A DNA stretch of 64,000 nt from Sphingomicrobium sp. Lineage in GTDB: Bacteria > Pseudomonadota > Alphaproteobacteria > Sphingomonadales > Sphingomonadaceae. Shown here in pieces: positions 9,975 through 21,622 of the stretch (its first letter is position 1; each line of letters begins with the position of its first letter). The position numbers and the translations under genes are program-made. The stretch spans positions 10,783 through 74,782 of the forward strand of contig DASTCB010000164.1 in assembly GCA_035711585.1 (NCBI GenBank). The letters are read 5' to 3'. The notes under the pieces were generated by a model. It was given only the letters and a program-made list of their open reading frames with translations. It ran no database searches and had not been told where the DNA came from.

Positions 9975-10895
9975 TCAATCGACCGACGACAAGCCGACCG
10001 CGAGGAAGCCAAGGAACAGCAGCAGCCCGGTGAAGCGGTTCGAGCGGAACAGCGCCAGCGCGCCCGCCCCATCCCTGGGATCGGCCTGCGCAACCTGCCG
10101 GGCGAGGTGGGCCGCGGCCGGGAGCAGCGCCAGAAGCGCGACCCAATCCGGGCGAACGCTCCAGATTGCCGCCGCCCAGCCGGCCAGCGCCATTGCATAG
10201 CAGATTCCGACTCCGAGCTGTGCCCTATCGCCCAGCGCCCGAGCGCTCGATTTCACCCCGACCAGTTCGTCGTCCTCAATGTCCTGGATGGCGTAGAGCG
10301 TGTCATAGCCGTTCACCCAGAAGATGCTGCCCAGCCACAGCAGCAACGCGGGCTGCGCGAACTCCTCCGTCACGGCCGGCCAGCCGACCAGCGCGCCCCA
10401 GCTGAACACCAGCCCGAGCCAGGCCTGCGGCCACCAGGTGATGCGCTTCATGAATGGATAGGCCGCGACCGGGAAGATGCTGATCAGCGCCACGCCCTGC
10501 GCGACGCGGGGAAGCTGGAGCAAAACGATAAGGCCGACCAGGGACAGGGCGACGGCCAGCAGCCAGGCGTTCCTGAGCGACACTCGACCCGAGGCCAGCG
10601 GGCGGAGCCGGGTCCGCTCGACCTGCACGTCCAGGTCCTTGTCGACGATGTCGTTATAGACACAGCCGGCCGAGCGCATGGCGAAGGCGCCGAGCAGGAA
10701 CCAGAGGAACAGCGGCCACTCCCCGCGGACCCCGGCCAGCGCCACGCTCCAGGCGCAGGGCCAGTAGAGCAGCCATGTGCCGATCGGCCGGTCGATGCGC
10801 ATGAGCGAGGCGTATGGGCGCATGCGCCTCGGCAGCGCGCCGATCAGCCCGGTCCGCTCACTGTCGGGGACGAGGTCGGTTTGCGGGGTTGTCAT
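9975..10895 (-). CDS. ubiA: 4-hydroxybenzoate polyprenyltransferase
   Basis: RIDRPIGTWLL, YNDIVDKDLDVQVERTRLRPLASG, YDTLYAIQDIEDD. Confidence 0.95.
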   Translation of the reverse strand: MTTPQTDLVPDSERTGLIGALPRRMRPYASLMRIDRPIGTWLLYWPCAWSVALAGVRGEWPLFLWFLLGAFAMRSAGCVYNDIVDKDLDVQVERTRLRPLASGRVSLRNAWLLAVALSLVGLIVLLQLPRVAQGVALISIFPVAAYPFMKRITWWPQAWLGLVFSWGALVGWPAVTEEFAQPALLLWLGSIFWVNGYDTLYAIQDIEDDELVGVKSSARALGDRAQLGVGICYAMALAGWAAAIWSVRPDWVALLALLPAAAHLARQVAQADPRDGAGALALFRSNRFTGLLLFLGFLAVGLSSVD

Positions 10896-11491
10896 CCGGC
10901 AATCGCCTGCAGCCGGAGTCGAAGGTCGTCGAACGAAATGCCCGCCCATTGCGCCCCCAAAGATTCTTCCGGGAATAGAGCGAGCGCCTCGCGGGCTCGT
11001 TCCCTGGCGATGTCAGCTTGGCCGTTCCTGCTTCGAATGATGGCGTCGGCCGCCAGCGCCTCCAGCCCGGCCAGCGACCATTGGTCGGCAATCGACAGCG
11101 TCAGCTGCTCCAACGCATGACCGTAAAGGATCCCGCGGTCGAAGAGCGCGATCAGAAAAGCCTGATCGATGCCTGCCGTCGACCGATGAAGCGGTTCCCG
11201 CCGCTCGGCATCGATGGCAATGTTGTACGCGTCGATCGCCGCATCGATTTTGCCCTGTGCGGTTCGCGCGATTGCCAGGTAGCAGCAGGCGCGCGGGAGC
11301 TCGCTTCCCTCGGCCAATGACACCGCCCGTTCCAACAGCTCTTCGCTCTTCTCGGGCCGCGACGAAAGGAGCGCATAGCCCTGCAGCGACAAATATTGCG
11401 CCCGGTTCGATGGGCGGGCGCGCGCAAGCCGCGCCTCAAAGTCGGCTGCAATCTCTTCGTTCCAGTTCGTCCGCCGGTACCAGTCGGTCAT
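10892..11491 (-). CDS. TPR-like hypothetical protein
   Basis: Helical repeats (AQYLSLQGYALL, YLAIARTAQGKIDAAIDAY); 4-bp overlaps with both neighbours. Confidence 0.7.
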   Translation of the reverse strand: MTDWYRRTNWNEEIAADFEARLARARPSNRAQYLSLQGYALLSSRPEKSEELLERAVSLAEGSELPRACCYLAIARTAQGKIDAAIDAYNIAIDAERREPLHRSTAGIDQAFLIALFDRGILYGHALEQLTLSIADQWSLAGLEALAADAIIRSRNGQADIARERAREALALFPEESLGAQWAGISFDDLRLRLQAIAG

Positions 11492-12189
11492 GCCGCCTCG
11501 GCGCGGTCGAGCCAGTGAACCAGCGCGGCAAGCGAGGGCAGCTCAATGAAGCGCGGATGGTCGGCCGGCGCGGGCCGCTGCTCATGGCTCCAGCCTAGCG
11601 GCTGGGGGATATAGGCCGCCCAGGCACCAGCCTCCAGCGCCGGCAGTATGTCGCTCCGCATCGAATCCCCGGCCATCATGGCCCGGGATGGCTCGGCGCC
11701 GTAGCGATTGAAGATGCCGGAAAAGGTCGACGGGCCCTTGTCGCTGACGATCTCGATGCCGGTGAAATGGTCGCCGAGCCCGGATGCGGCCAGCTTCGCT
11801 TCCTGGTGGAACAGGTCGCCCTTGGTCACCAGCACCAGCCGCGCCCGGTCGGCCAGCGCGGCCAGTGTATCGTCAATCCCGTCGAACAGCTCGACCGGAT
11901 GGGCGTGGAGCGACTTGCCGGCCTCGAGGATGTCGCGGATCACCGAAGCGGGCACCTCATCGCCGCCCAGCTCCAGCGCTGTCTCGATCATCGACAGGGT
12001 GAAGGCCTTGGCGCCATAGCCGTAGAGCTTGAGGTTGCGAATCTCGCAGGCTTCGAGCGACGAGCGGGCGATGCCGGCGTCCGCGAAGGGTTCCAGCATC
12101 CGCACCAGCGCGTCCTGCGTCGCGTGGAAGAAGCGCATGTTGTGCCACAGGGTGTCGTCGGCATCGAGGCAGATCAGGTCGATGGGCAT
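11488..12189 (-). CDS. HAD-family hydrolase
   Basis: DADDTLW motif I, TKGD, GDSMRSD. Confidence 0.92.
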   Translation of the reverse strand: MPIDLICLDADDTLWHNMRFFHATQDALVRMLEPFADAGIARSSLEACEIRNLKLYGYGAKAFTLSMIETALELGGDEVPASVIRDILEAGKSLHAHPVELFDGIDDTLAALADRARLVLVTKGDLFHQEAKLAASGLGDHFTGIEIVSDKGPSTFSGIFNRYGAEPSRAMMAGDSMRSDILPALEAGAWAAYIPQPLGWSHEQRPAPADHPRFIELPSLAALVHWLDRAEAA

Positions 12190-12209
12190 GGAATCGCACT
12201 AACCAGAAT

Positions 12210-12281
12210 CGTCATTCCCGCGAAAGCGGGAACCCAGATTTTCTCAATTTTTACTGGATCCCCGCTTTCGCGGGGATGACG
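12210..12281. repeat. REP-like inverted dimer of palindromic units
   Basis: CGTCATTCCCGCGAAAGCGGGAACCCAG ... CTGGATCCCCGCTTTCGCGGGGATGACG; related copy at 52342-52408. Confidence 0.85.
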
Positions 12282-12301
12282 AATTTGGGATGGTCCGAAC
12301 G

Positions 12302-12793
12302 ATGCAGATTCGACGCGAACGGCCAGGCGACGAGGAGGCGATATCGTCGCTCATCGCCGCGGCCTTCGCCCATGCCGAGCATAGCGATGGGACCGAAACG
12401 GCGATCGTCGAGCGGCTCCGCAAGGCCGGTGCGCTGACCCTCTCGTTGGTGGCCGAGGCCGGCGGCGGGCCGGTCGGCCACATCGCCTTCTCGCCCGTCA
12501 CGATCGATGGCGATCATCGCGGCTGGTTCGGGCTTGGCCCGGTTGCCGTTCGGCCGGATCGGCAGGGCGGCGGCATCGGATCGGCGCTGATCCGCCAAGG
12601 CCTGGAACGGTTGCGATCTTTGGGGGCGGCAGGCTGCGTGCTGGTCGGCGAGCCGTCCTTCTATGGCCGTTTCGGCTTCGCGGCGGACGACAGGCTCCGC
12701 TATCCGGGCATCCCCGCCGAATATTTCCAGCTGCTCAGCTTCAACGGCGAAAAGCCGAGCGGCGTCGTGGCCTATCACCCGGCCTTCGGTTAG
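12302..12793 (+). CDS. GNAT N-acetyltransferase (YhbS-like)
   Basis: GLGPVAVRPDRQGGGIGSALI, VLVGEPSFYGRFGF. Confidence 0.9.
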   Translation: MQIRRERPGDEEAISSLIAAAFAHAEHSDGTETAIVERLRKAGALTLSLVAEAGGGPVGHIAFSPVTIDGDHRGWFGLGPVAVRPDRQGGGIGSALIRQGLERLRSLGAAGCVLVGEPSFYGRFGFAADDRLRYPGIPAEYFQLLSFNGEKPSGVVAYHPAFG

Positions 12794-12802
12794 CGCGCGA
12801 AG

Positions 12803-13228
12803 CTACAATTGCTTGAAGTTGAACAGTCCGTTGAGGACGAAGATGGCGATGCCCGCGACGCATGACGCCAGCACCCGCGCAATCAGATAATGAAAGCCGG
12901 CGATTTCCATCAGCGCCCAGAAGGTCGCCAGCATCAGCAATGTGCCGATGCCGACATTGATCGCATAGTAAAGATAGCCTTTTGCCACTCCGCGACGGGT
13001 GCCAGGAAACACCCATTCCCGCTCCAGGACATAGGCCAGCGTCATCGGCAGCAGGAAGGCGATGATCGCCGCCGGCATGTGCGCGATGCCGGCCAACTCG
13101 ACCAGTGACCAGAGAATCGCCAGGTCGAGCGCGAAAGCGATCGTGCTCGCGACCGTGTGCCGGCCGAACATGCGCACTGTCCGGCCATCGATCGCGGACT
13201 TCCCCGCGTCCTTCGCGGATTCAAGCAT
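12803..13228 (-). CDS. GtrA-family membrane protein
   Basis: Four TM segments in about 140 aa, REWVF and YLIARVLA patterns; start uncertain. Confidence 0.8.
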   Translation of the reverse strand: MLESAKDAGKSAIDGRTVRMFGRHTVASTIAFALDLAILWSLVELAGIAHMPAAIIAFLLPMTLAYVLEREWVFPGTRRGVAKGYLYYAINVGIGTLLMLATFWALMEIAGFHYLIARVLASCVAGIAIFVLNGLFNFKQL

Positions 13229-13320
13229 GTCGGGAATCGTCTGTCCTCCGGGAATAGCCGGGCACCAACCACTAGGCATGGACAATTGTTGCCCGAAGGC
13301 TTCGCCGCTATGCGCGGGAA

Positions 13321-14061
13321 ATGCCCGCCACCCCAGCATGGCCGCCGAAAGGCCTTCCGCGTCTTTATGTCGAGACGGGGCCTGGGGCCGGCGCGCGATT
13401 CGAATTGGACGCGGCCCAAGCCAACTATCTCGCGAATGTCATGCGGCTGAAGGAAGGCGGCCAGCTTCTCGTCTTCGACGGCGCAACGGGCGAATGGCTG
13501 GCGGAGGTCGCCGAGGCAGGCCGGAAGCGGATGACGCTGGCGGTGCTGGAGGCGACCAGGCCGCAGGAAAGCGTGCCCGACCTGTGGCTGGCTTTCGCGC
13601 CGGTCAAGAAGGGCCGGGTCGACTGGCTGGTCGAAAAGGCCGTCGAGCTGGGCGTCGCGCGGCTGATGCCGGTCGTCACCCAGCGGACGATCGTCGACAA
13701 GCTGAACCTGGAGCGGATGCGGGCCCATATCGTCGAGGCGGCCGAGCAATGCGGGCGCACCGCCCTGGCGGGCATCGACGCGCCGGTGAAGCTGGATGCG
13801 CTGCTGAAATCTCGCGACGTCAATCGGCGGCTCTATTTCGCCGACGAGAGCGGCGGCGAACCGGCTTCGGCTGCGTTCCAAGCCGGCCCGGCGCTGATCC
13901 TGACCGGCCCGGAAGGCGGCTTCACTCCCGAGGAAGCAAGCGCCGTTCGTGCCGCGCCCAACGCGCAGGCCATCAGCCTCGGTCCGCGTATCCTGCGCGC
14001 CGAAACCGCCGCCTTGGCGGCAGTGGCAGCCTGGATGTCGGTCGCCGGGGACTGGCGATAA
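13321..14061 (+). CDS. rsmE: 16S rRNA m3U1498 methyltransferase
   Basis: VEKAVELGV, EAAEQCGR, GPEGGF, LGPRILRAETA. Confidence 0.95.
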   Translation: MPATPAWPPKGLPRLYVETGPGAGARFELDAAQANYLANVMRLKEGGQLLVFDGATGEWLAEVAEAGRKRMTLAVLEATRPQESVPDLWLAFAPVKKGRVDWLVEKAVELGVARLMPVVTQRTIVDKLNLERMRAHIVEAAEQCGRTALAGIDAPVKLDALLKSRDVNRRLYFADESGGEPASAAFQAGPALILTGPEGGFTPEEASAVRAAPNAQAISLGPRILRAETAALAAVAAWMSVAGDWR

Positions 14062-14130
14062 GCGAGGCTATCGAAACCATAAATCAAAGCTGCTGGCGCG
14101 GTTCGGAACGCATCGCTAGACGCGTTTCGG

Positions 14131-15501
14131 ATGACAACCCGAACCGACCTGTCGGCGAGCCCGCTGATCGAGAGCCGCGACGACTTGCTGTCCGTCTTCA
14201 AGGGCGGCGAGAAGGCGCGCGAGCAATGGCGGATCGGCACCGAGCATGAGAAGTTCGTCTATCGGCTGGACGATCATCATGCGCCCAGCTGGGACGAGCC
14301 CGGCGGAATCCGCGACCTGCTGCTCGGCCTGACCGAGTTCGGCTGGCAGCCGGTCGAGGAGGAAGGCAAGGTCATCGCCCTGACCGGCGTCGACGGGACC
14401 ATCAGCCTGGAGCCGGCGGGACAGCTGGAGCTGTCGGGGGCGCCCCTCAGCAATCTCCACGAAAGCTGCGCCGAAAGCGGCCGTCACCTGCAGCAGGTCA
14501 AGGCGGTAGGCGATCGGCTCGGCCTCGGCTTCCTCGGCCTTGGAATGTGGCCCGACAAACGGCGCGAAGACCTGCCGATCATGCCCAAGGGCCGGTACGG
14601 CATCATGCTCCGGCACATGCCGCGAGTCGGCACGCTCGGGCTCGACATGATGCTTCGTACCTGCACTATTCAGGTTAATCTGGACTACTCATCCGAAGCC
14701 GACATGGTGAAGAAATTCCGCGTCGGCCTGGCCCTTCAGCCAATCGCCACGGCGCTGTTCGCCAACTCGCCGTTCACCGACGGCAAGCCCAACGGCTACA
14801 AAAGCTTCCGCAGCCATATCTGGGAAGACACGGATCCGGCGCGGACCGGGATGCTGCCGTTCGTGTTCGACGAAGGCTTCGGCTATGAACGCTACTGCGA
14901 CTATGCGCTCGACGTGCCGATGTATTTCGTGTTCCGCGAGGGGCGGTACATCGACGTCGCGGGAGAAAGCTTCCGCGATTTCCTCGACGGCAAGCTGCCG
15001 GCGCTGCCGGGCGAAAAGCCGACCGTCGCGGACTGGACCGACCATCTCTCCACCGCCTTCCCCGAGGTGCGCCTCAAGAGCTTCCTCGAGATGCGCGGCG
15101 CCGACGGCGGCCGCTGGGGCCGCATTTGCGCCCTGCCCGCCCTGTGGGTCGGCCTGCTCTACAGGCAGTCCTCGCTCGATGCGGCCTGGGACCTTTGCAA
15201 GCACTGGACGATCGAGGAGCGGGAGGCGCTGCGCCACGCCGTTCCGCGCCAGGCGCTGGATGCTTCGCTCCCTGGCGGCGGCACGGTCCGCGACATGGCG
15301 CGAGAGGTGCTGGACATCGCCTCGGAGGGGCTCAGGGAGCGGGATCAGGTCAATGCCGCCGGGGACAATGAGGGCGGCTTCCTCGATCCGTTGCGCGACG
15401 TGGTCGCCAGTGGCAAGACCTTCGCCGACCGGCTGCTCGACCGCTACCACGGCGATTGGAACGGCGACGTGAGCCATGTCTACGAAGAGTTCTCCTTCTG
15501 A
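14131..15501 (+). CDS. gshA: Glutamate-cysteine ligase
   Basis: IGTEHEKF, SLEPAGQLELSG, QVNLD, FPEVRLKSFLEMRGAD. Confidence 0.95.
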   Translation: MTTRTDLSASPLIESRDDLLSVFKGGEKAREQWRIGTEHEKFVYRLDDHHAPSWDEPGGIRDLLLGLTEFGWQPVEEEGKVIALTGVDGTISLEPAGQLELSGAPLSNLHESCAESGRHLQQVKAVGDRLGLGFLGLGMWPDKRREDLPIMPKGRYGIMLRHMPRVGTLGLDMMLRTCTIQVNLDYSSEADMVKKFRVGLALQPIATALFANSPFTDGKPNGYKSFRSHIWEDTDPARTGMLPFVFDEGFGYERYCDYALDVPMYFVFREGRYIDVAGESFRDFLDGKLPALPGEKPTVADWTDHLSTAFPEVRLKSFLEMRGADGGRWGRICALPALWVGLLYRQSSLDAAWDLCKHWTIEEREALRHAVPRQALDASLPGGGTVRDMAREVLDIASEGLRERDQVNAAGDNEGGFLDPLRDVVASGKTFADRLLDRYHGDWNGDVSHVYEEFSF

Positions 15502-15654
15502 TCGCTGTGGCGGATTGGGCGCAACATGCGCGAAAAATTCACGTAACGCCGCCGTCACATTGACTCCGATGTAAGCCCGCGTAGAGGCACCGGAAGCATC
15601 GGGGCGGGGCATTTTGAGAGGCCGCGCCCGCTGGCCTTTTCAGGAAAGACAGAG

Positions 15655-18018
15655 ATGCTCCGCACCACCCAGACCTCGCTCTTCGCGCTGGCTACCGCCT
15701 GCACCTTCACCGCCGCGACTCCGGCCACGGCCCAAGTCACCGGCGATACAGACACTCCGGCCGCGGACGCGACGCAGCCGTCAGCCGAGCCGACGGAAGG
15801 CGTTGCCGACATCGTCGTCACCGCCACTCGGCGCAGCGAAAACCTGCAGGACATTCCGCTCTCGGTGGCGACGGTCAGCGACGAGACGCTGGCGGTGGTC
15901 AATTCGGGCGGCGCCGACATTCGCGGCCTGTCGGGCCGGGTGCCCAGCCTCAACATCGAAAGCTCGTTCGGCCGCACCTTCCCGCGCTTCTACATCCGCG
16001 GCCTGGGCAACACCGACTTCGACCTCAACGCGTCGCAGCCGGTCAGCCTGGTCTATGACGATGTGGTCCTTGAAAACCCGATCCTGAAAGGCTTTCCGGC
16101 GTTCGACGTCGACCGGATCGAGGTGCTGCGCGGGCCGCAGGGCACCTTGTTCGGCCGCAACACCCCGGCCGGCATCGTCAAGTTCGACACGGTCAAGCCC
16201 GGCAAGGGCCGCAACTATGCCAAGATCAGCTACGGCACCTATTCCACGATCAACGCCGAAGGAGCCGTCGGCGGAGAGCTGAGCGACACCATCGCCGTTC
16301 GCCTGTCGGGCCTGTGGCAGCACCGCAACGACTGGATCGACAATCTCAATGAGGAAGGCGGCAACGACCTCGAGGGCTATGATGATATCGCTGTTCGCGC
16401 CCAGATCCAGTTCAAGCCGACCGAGGAACTGACGCTCCGGCTGACCGGCCAGCTGCGCGACCTGGACGGCGATGCCCGCATCTTCCGGGCCAATGCCTTT
16501 GAGCGGGGAAGCAACAAGCTGGTCGGCCTCGATGGCGGCGACTTCGAGCGCGACGAGGTCAACACCGACGGAACCAACTTCCAGAAGCTAAAGACCCAGA
16601 ATATTGCCGGGACCATCGAATATGACTTCGGCCCGGCCACCCTCTATTCGGTCACCAGCTACTGGCACGGCAAGCTCGAGAGCCGCGGTGACATCGACGG
16701 CGGCTGCACGGTAGATTGTGAAACTACCGGTCCAGGCTTCATCCCATTTTTCGCGGAAAGCCAGGACAATGTCCCGGACCTTGATCAGTTCACCCAGGAA
16801 ATCCGCATCGCTTCGAACAACAGCGGCGGGCTGGGCTACCAGGCTGGCATCTTTTACTTCAACGAAGATCTCACCATCGAGACGCTCGACTTTGGACCGG
16901 TTGATGCGCTTGTACAGCCGCCTGGGTTCGGCACGCCGACCGCCACGAATCCGTCCGCGATCGTCAACCAGCACCAGGATTCCGAAGCTTGGGGCATCTT
17001 CGGGTCGCTCAACTATGCGTTCGACAATGGTCTGACCTTACAGGCCGGCGCGCGCTGGAACCATGACAAGAAAAAGTTGGTTGCCGAGCGCGAGTTCGAC
17101 ATCCGCCCGTTCTTCATCGGCCTTGGGCCGGTCGGCGAAACCACGACCAAGGTGAAGGACAGCGTCCTCACCTGGGATCTCAGCGCGATCCAGGAGCTCA
17201 ATGAGGACGTCAACATCTATGCCCGCATTGCCAAGGGCTATCGCGCCCCGGCGATCCAGGGCCGCATCTTGTTCGACACTGAGGTGACGACGGCCGATAG
17301 CGAGAACACCATGTCGTATGAGGCAGGCGTCAAGACCGTCCTGTTCGACCGCAGGGTGCGCTTCAACCTCACCGGCTACTATTTCAAGACCAAGGATCTG
17401 CAGCTGTCGGCGGTCGGCGGCGATACGAATGCCAACCTGCTGCTCAATGCCGATGCCGTGAAGGGCTATGGCTTTGAGGCGGAGCTGGAGGCACGTCCCA
17501 TGGCCGGGCTGACCCTGACCAGCGGCGTCAGCTACAATCACACCAAGATCCACGATGAGGATCTGACGGTGGAAACCTGCGGGGCGGTGCGCGTCGACAC
17601 TCCGCCCAATTGGTCGCTCTGCACGGTTCTCGATCCCATCCTCGAGCCCGCCGGCCCATTCTCCTCGTCGGTAGTTTCAATCGACGGCAATTCCCTGCCG
17701 CAGGCGCCGAAGTGGACCGTCAACTTCACCGCCGGCTACGAGCATCCGGTCGGGCCGGGCTCTGTCTACGTCTTCACCGACTGGTATCACCGGTCGAAGG
17801 TCAACTTCTTCCTCTATGAGTCGGTCGAGTTCAGCGACGACAAGCTGCTCGAGGGCGGCCTTCGGATCGGTTACAAGACCGACCGTTATGACGTCGCGGG
17901 CTTCGTCCGCAACATCACCAATGACGAGAGCGCGGTTTCGGGCATCGACTTCAACAATCTGACGGCGATGGTCAACGAGCCGCGCATCTGGGGCGTCGAA
18001 GTCGGAGTGAAGTTCTAA
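15655..18018 (+). CDS. TonB-dependent receptor
   Basis: Signal peptide, DIVVTATRR TonB-box region, IEVLRGPQGTLFGRN plug motif, terminal Phe (GVKF). Confidence 0.95.
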   Translation: MLRTTQTSLFALATACTFTAATPATAQVTGDTDTPAADATQPSAEPTEGVADIVVTATRRSENLQDIPLSVATVSDETLAVVNSGGADIRGLSGRVPSLNIESSFGRTFPRFYIRGLGNTDFDLNASQPVSLVYDDVVLENPILKGFPAFDVDRIEVLRGPQGTLFGRNTPAGIVKFDTVKPGKGRNYAKISYGTYSTINAEGAVGGELSDTIAVRLSGLWQHRNDWIDNLNEEGGNDLEGYDDIAVRAQIQFKPTEELTLRLTGQLRDLDGDARIFRANAFERGSNKLVGLDGGDFERDEVNTDGTNFQKLKTQNIAGTIEYDFGPATLYSVTSYWHGKLESRGDIDGGCTVDCETTGPGFIPFFAESQDNVPDLDQFTQEIRIASNNSGGLGYQAGIFYFNEDLTIETLDFGPVDALVQPPGFGTPTATNPSAIVNQHQDSEAWGIFGSLNYAFDNGLTLQAGARWNHDKKKLVAEREFDIRPFFIGLGPVGETTTKVKDSVLTWDLSAIQELNEDVNIYARIAKGYRAPAIQGRILFDTEVTTADSENTMSYEAGVKTVLFDRRVRFNLTGYYFKTKDLQLSAVGGDTNANLLLNADAVKGYGFEAELEARPMAGLTLTSGVSYNHTKIHDEDLTVETCGAVRVDTPPNWSLCTVLDPILEPAGPFSSSVVSIDGNSLPQAPKWTVNFTAGYEHPVGPGSVYVFTDWYHRSKVNFFLYESVEFSDDKLLEGGLRIGYKTDRYDVAGFVRNITNDESAVSGIDFNNLTAMVNEPRIWGVEVGVKF

Positions 18019-18026
18019 ATCCTCAA

Positions 18027-18059
18027 CGGGCGGCGTTTGCGTCAGGCAATCGCCGCCCG
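18027..18059 (+). other. GC-rich stem-loop after the TBDR stop (no U-tract)
   Basis: CGGGCGGCG / CGCCGCCCG arms with inner TTGC/GCAA. Confidence 0.6.
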
Positions 18060-18131
18060 ACTTGCGTCCGCCTGCGCTTGCGGCATCGCCACGCATCGGC
18101 CATCACCGTGGGAAGCCTCACGGGAGCATGG

Positions 18132-19154
18132 ATGCCGGATCGCCAAGCACAGCTGTTGTTCGTCGTCGGCTCGGACGAGCCGCCGGTCATGACGAAGGCA
18201 GGCCATCCGAAATATAGCGGGTGCACCAACCTTCACCGGCTGTTCGACAAGCGCGAACCGGTCCACATCCTGAAGCTCGACAAGCACGCCCTGCGCCAGC
18301 GCAAGCGGCCGGAGCTGCATCCCTATCGCTGCATCGTCAACTTCATCACCGATCCGGATCAGAACCCCCGCACGCTCGACAATCTCAAGAAGCTGCTACG
18401 TGAATATCAGGGCAAGGTGATCAACCCTCCCGAGGCGGTGCTCCGGTCGAGCCGCGACCAGGTCGCCCGGCTGCTCGACGGCATCCCGGGTCTGGTCGCG
18501 CCGAAGACCATCCGGGTGCGAAATCCCAAGCCCGACCTGGTGACGGGTGCGATCGAGCGCGCGGACATGCGGTTCCCGCTGATCGTCCGGCTGGCCGGCA
18601 CTCACACCGGCCTGATCCTGGGCCTGTTCGACAATGTCGCCCAGCTGCGGGCGGCGCTCACGGAGAATGGCGAGCACATCATCACCGAGTTCGTCGATTA
18701 TCGCAGCGATGACGGGATTTACCGGAAGTATCGCGCCTTCTTCTTCGGCGAGCGAGTCATCCTTCGTCACATGCTGGCGTCAGACCAATGGACCGTCCAC
18801 GCCAAGGACCGGATGGGCTTCATGATCGACCGGCCGGAGCTGCTCGCGGAGGAAGCGCCGCTGTTCGACGAGCCCGAGGGCGCCTTTCCGCAACCGATCC
18901 GTGAGACGCTGAAGCTGGTCCGCGACCGGATTCCGCTCGATTATTTCGGAATGGATTTCGGTATCGATCGGGACGGACGCGTCGTTCTGTTCGAAGCCAA
19001 TGCGACGATGAACTTCTTCCCCTTCGTTTCCGACGCGCGCCTCGATCATGTCCGGCGATGCTACCAACCGGCCAAGGATGCCTTTCACGCAATGCTGGGC
19101 TGTCCCGAGCGCGGCTCGTTCGCGTTCGGCACGCGCCTGGCAATGGCGCGATGA
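18132..19154 (+). CDS. RimK/glutathione-synthase-like ATP-grasp protein
   Basis: VINPP, PLIVRLAGTHTG, TEFVDY, RKYRAF, FGMDF...VLFEANAT (ExN). Confidence 0.75.
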   Translation: MPDRQAQLLFVVGSDEPPVMTKAGHPKYSGCTNLHRLFDKREPVHILKLDKHALRQRKRPELHPYRCIVNFITDPDQNPRTLDNLKKLLREYQGKVINPPEAVLRSSRDQVARLLDGIPGLVAPKTIRVRNPKPDLVTGAIERADMRFPLIVRLAGTHTGLILGLFDNVAQLRAALTENGEHIITEFVDYRSDDGIYRKYRAFFFGERVILRHMLASDQWTVHAKDRMGFMIDRPELLAEEAPLFDEPEGAFPQPIRETLKLVRDRIPLDYFGMDFGIDRDGRVVLFEANATMNFFPFVSDARLDHVRRCYQPAKDAFHAMLGCPERGSFAFGTRLAMAR

Positions 19155-19956
19155 GCCTGCCACTAGCCAATCCGTCCGTGGAGCGCGACTTGCTCGCCCG
19201 TGGCATCGAGTCCGATTGCACCTATTTCGAGATGGGGGCGCAGCTGGAGCAGCTAGAGGGGGCGACGGTAGCGTGGATGCCCGGGCTCACCCGGTCGCCG
19301 GCGGCGGCGGTTGTCCACCGCGTCGATCCCGAGGCGATCGCCAGCGGCGGAGCAGGCTGGATCGCAAGCGCCGAAGCGGCGATGGCGAATGTCGGCGCGG
19401 CATTGTGCCGGATTTATCTCGACGGCCGCCATAAGCTCGCCGACGACATGCTGAGGAATGCGGGTTATGCCGCGCGAGACGAACTGATCTTCGTCGATGC
19501 CTTGCCTGAATCTTCGATCAATCTCACGCTTTGCCCGGTTGCGACCGACGCGGATTGGGCGGAAAAACTAAGCTTCCACAAGGCGGCGGGCGGAACGCCG
19601 GACGGTCATGGCAACGGGCCTGCGGACTGGGTCGAGCTTGAACGGCGCAAGTGCAGCGCGGGAATGGAGGCGTTCCTCGCCAGATTAGACGGAGAGGTGG
19701 TGGGCGCTGTGGGCGCGATCTGGTGCGACAAGTTCGTGAGAACGAAAAACCTGGTCGTTCACCCCGACCACCGCGGGAGGGGCGTCGCCCAGGCCATGCT
19801 TGGCGGCATCACCGCCCTTGGCCGCCGGCGCGGAACTCCCGAGCAGTGCGTGGTGGCGGTAAAAGGGGAGAAAGGTGAGCTTCTCTATCGCAGACTACAA
19901 ATGCCAATGATCGGATATCAGGTCGAATGGTCCAAGCCGATCGCGGGGGGTGCACG

Positions 19957-19960
<4 letters not shown>
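19151..19960 (+). CDS. GNAT-family acyltransferase (tandem-fold-like)
   Basis: LVVHPDHRGRGVAQAML acetyl-CoA motif A; ATGA overlap with the ATP-grasp gene. Confidence 0.8.
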
Positions 19961-21620
<1,660 letters not shown>

Positions 21621-21622
21621 CG

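Noticed and set aside
15502-15654. Possible glycine or TPP riboswitch upstream of the TonB receptor (TTTCAGG..GACAGAG; TGAGA)
   Set aside because: Core consensus elements (GGAGA/CCGAAG, or CTGAGA plus ACCTGAT) are missing.
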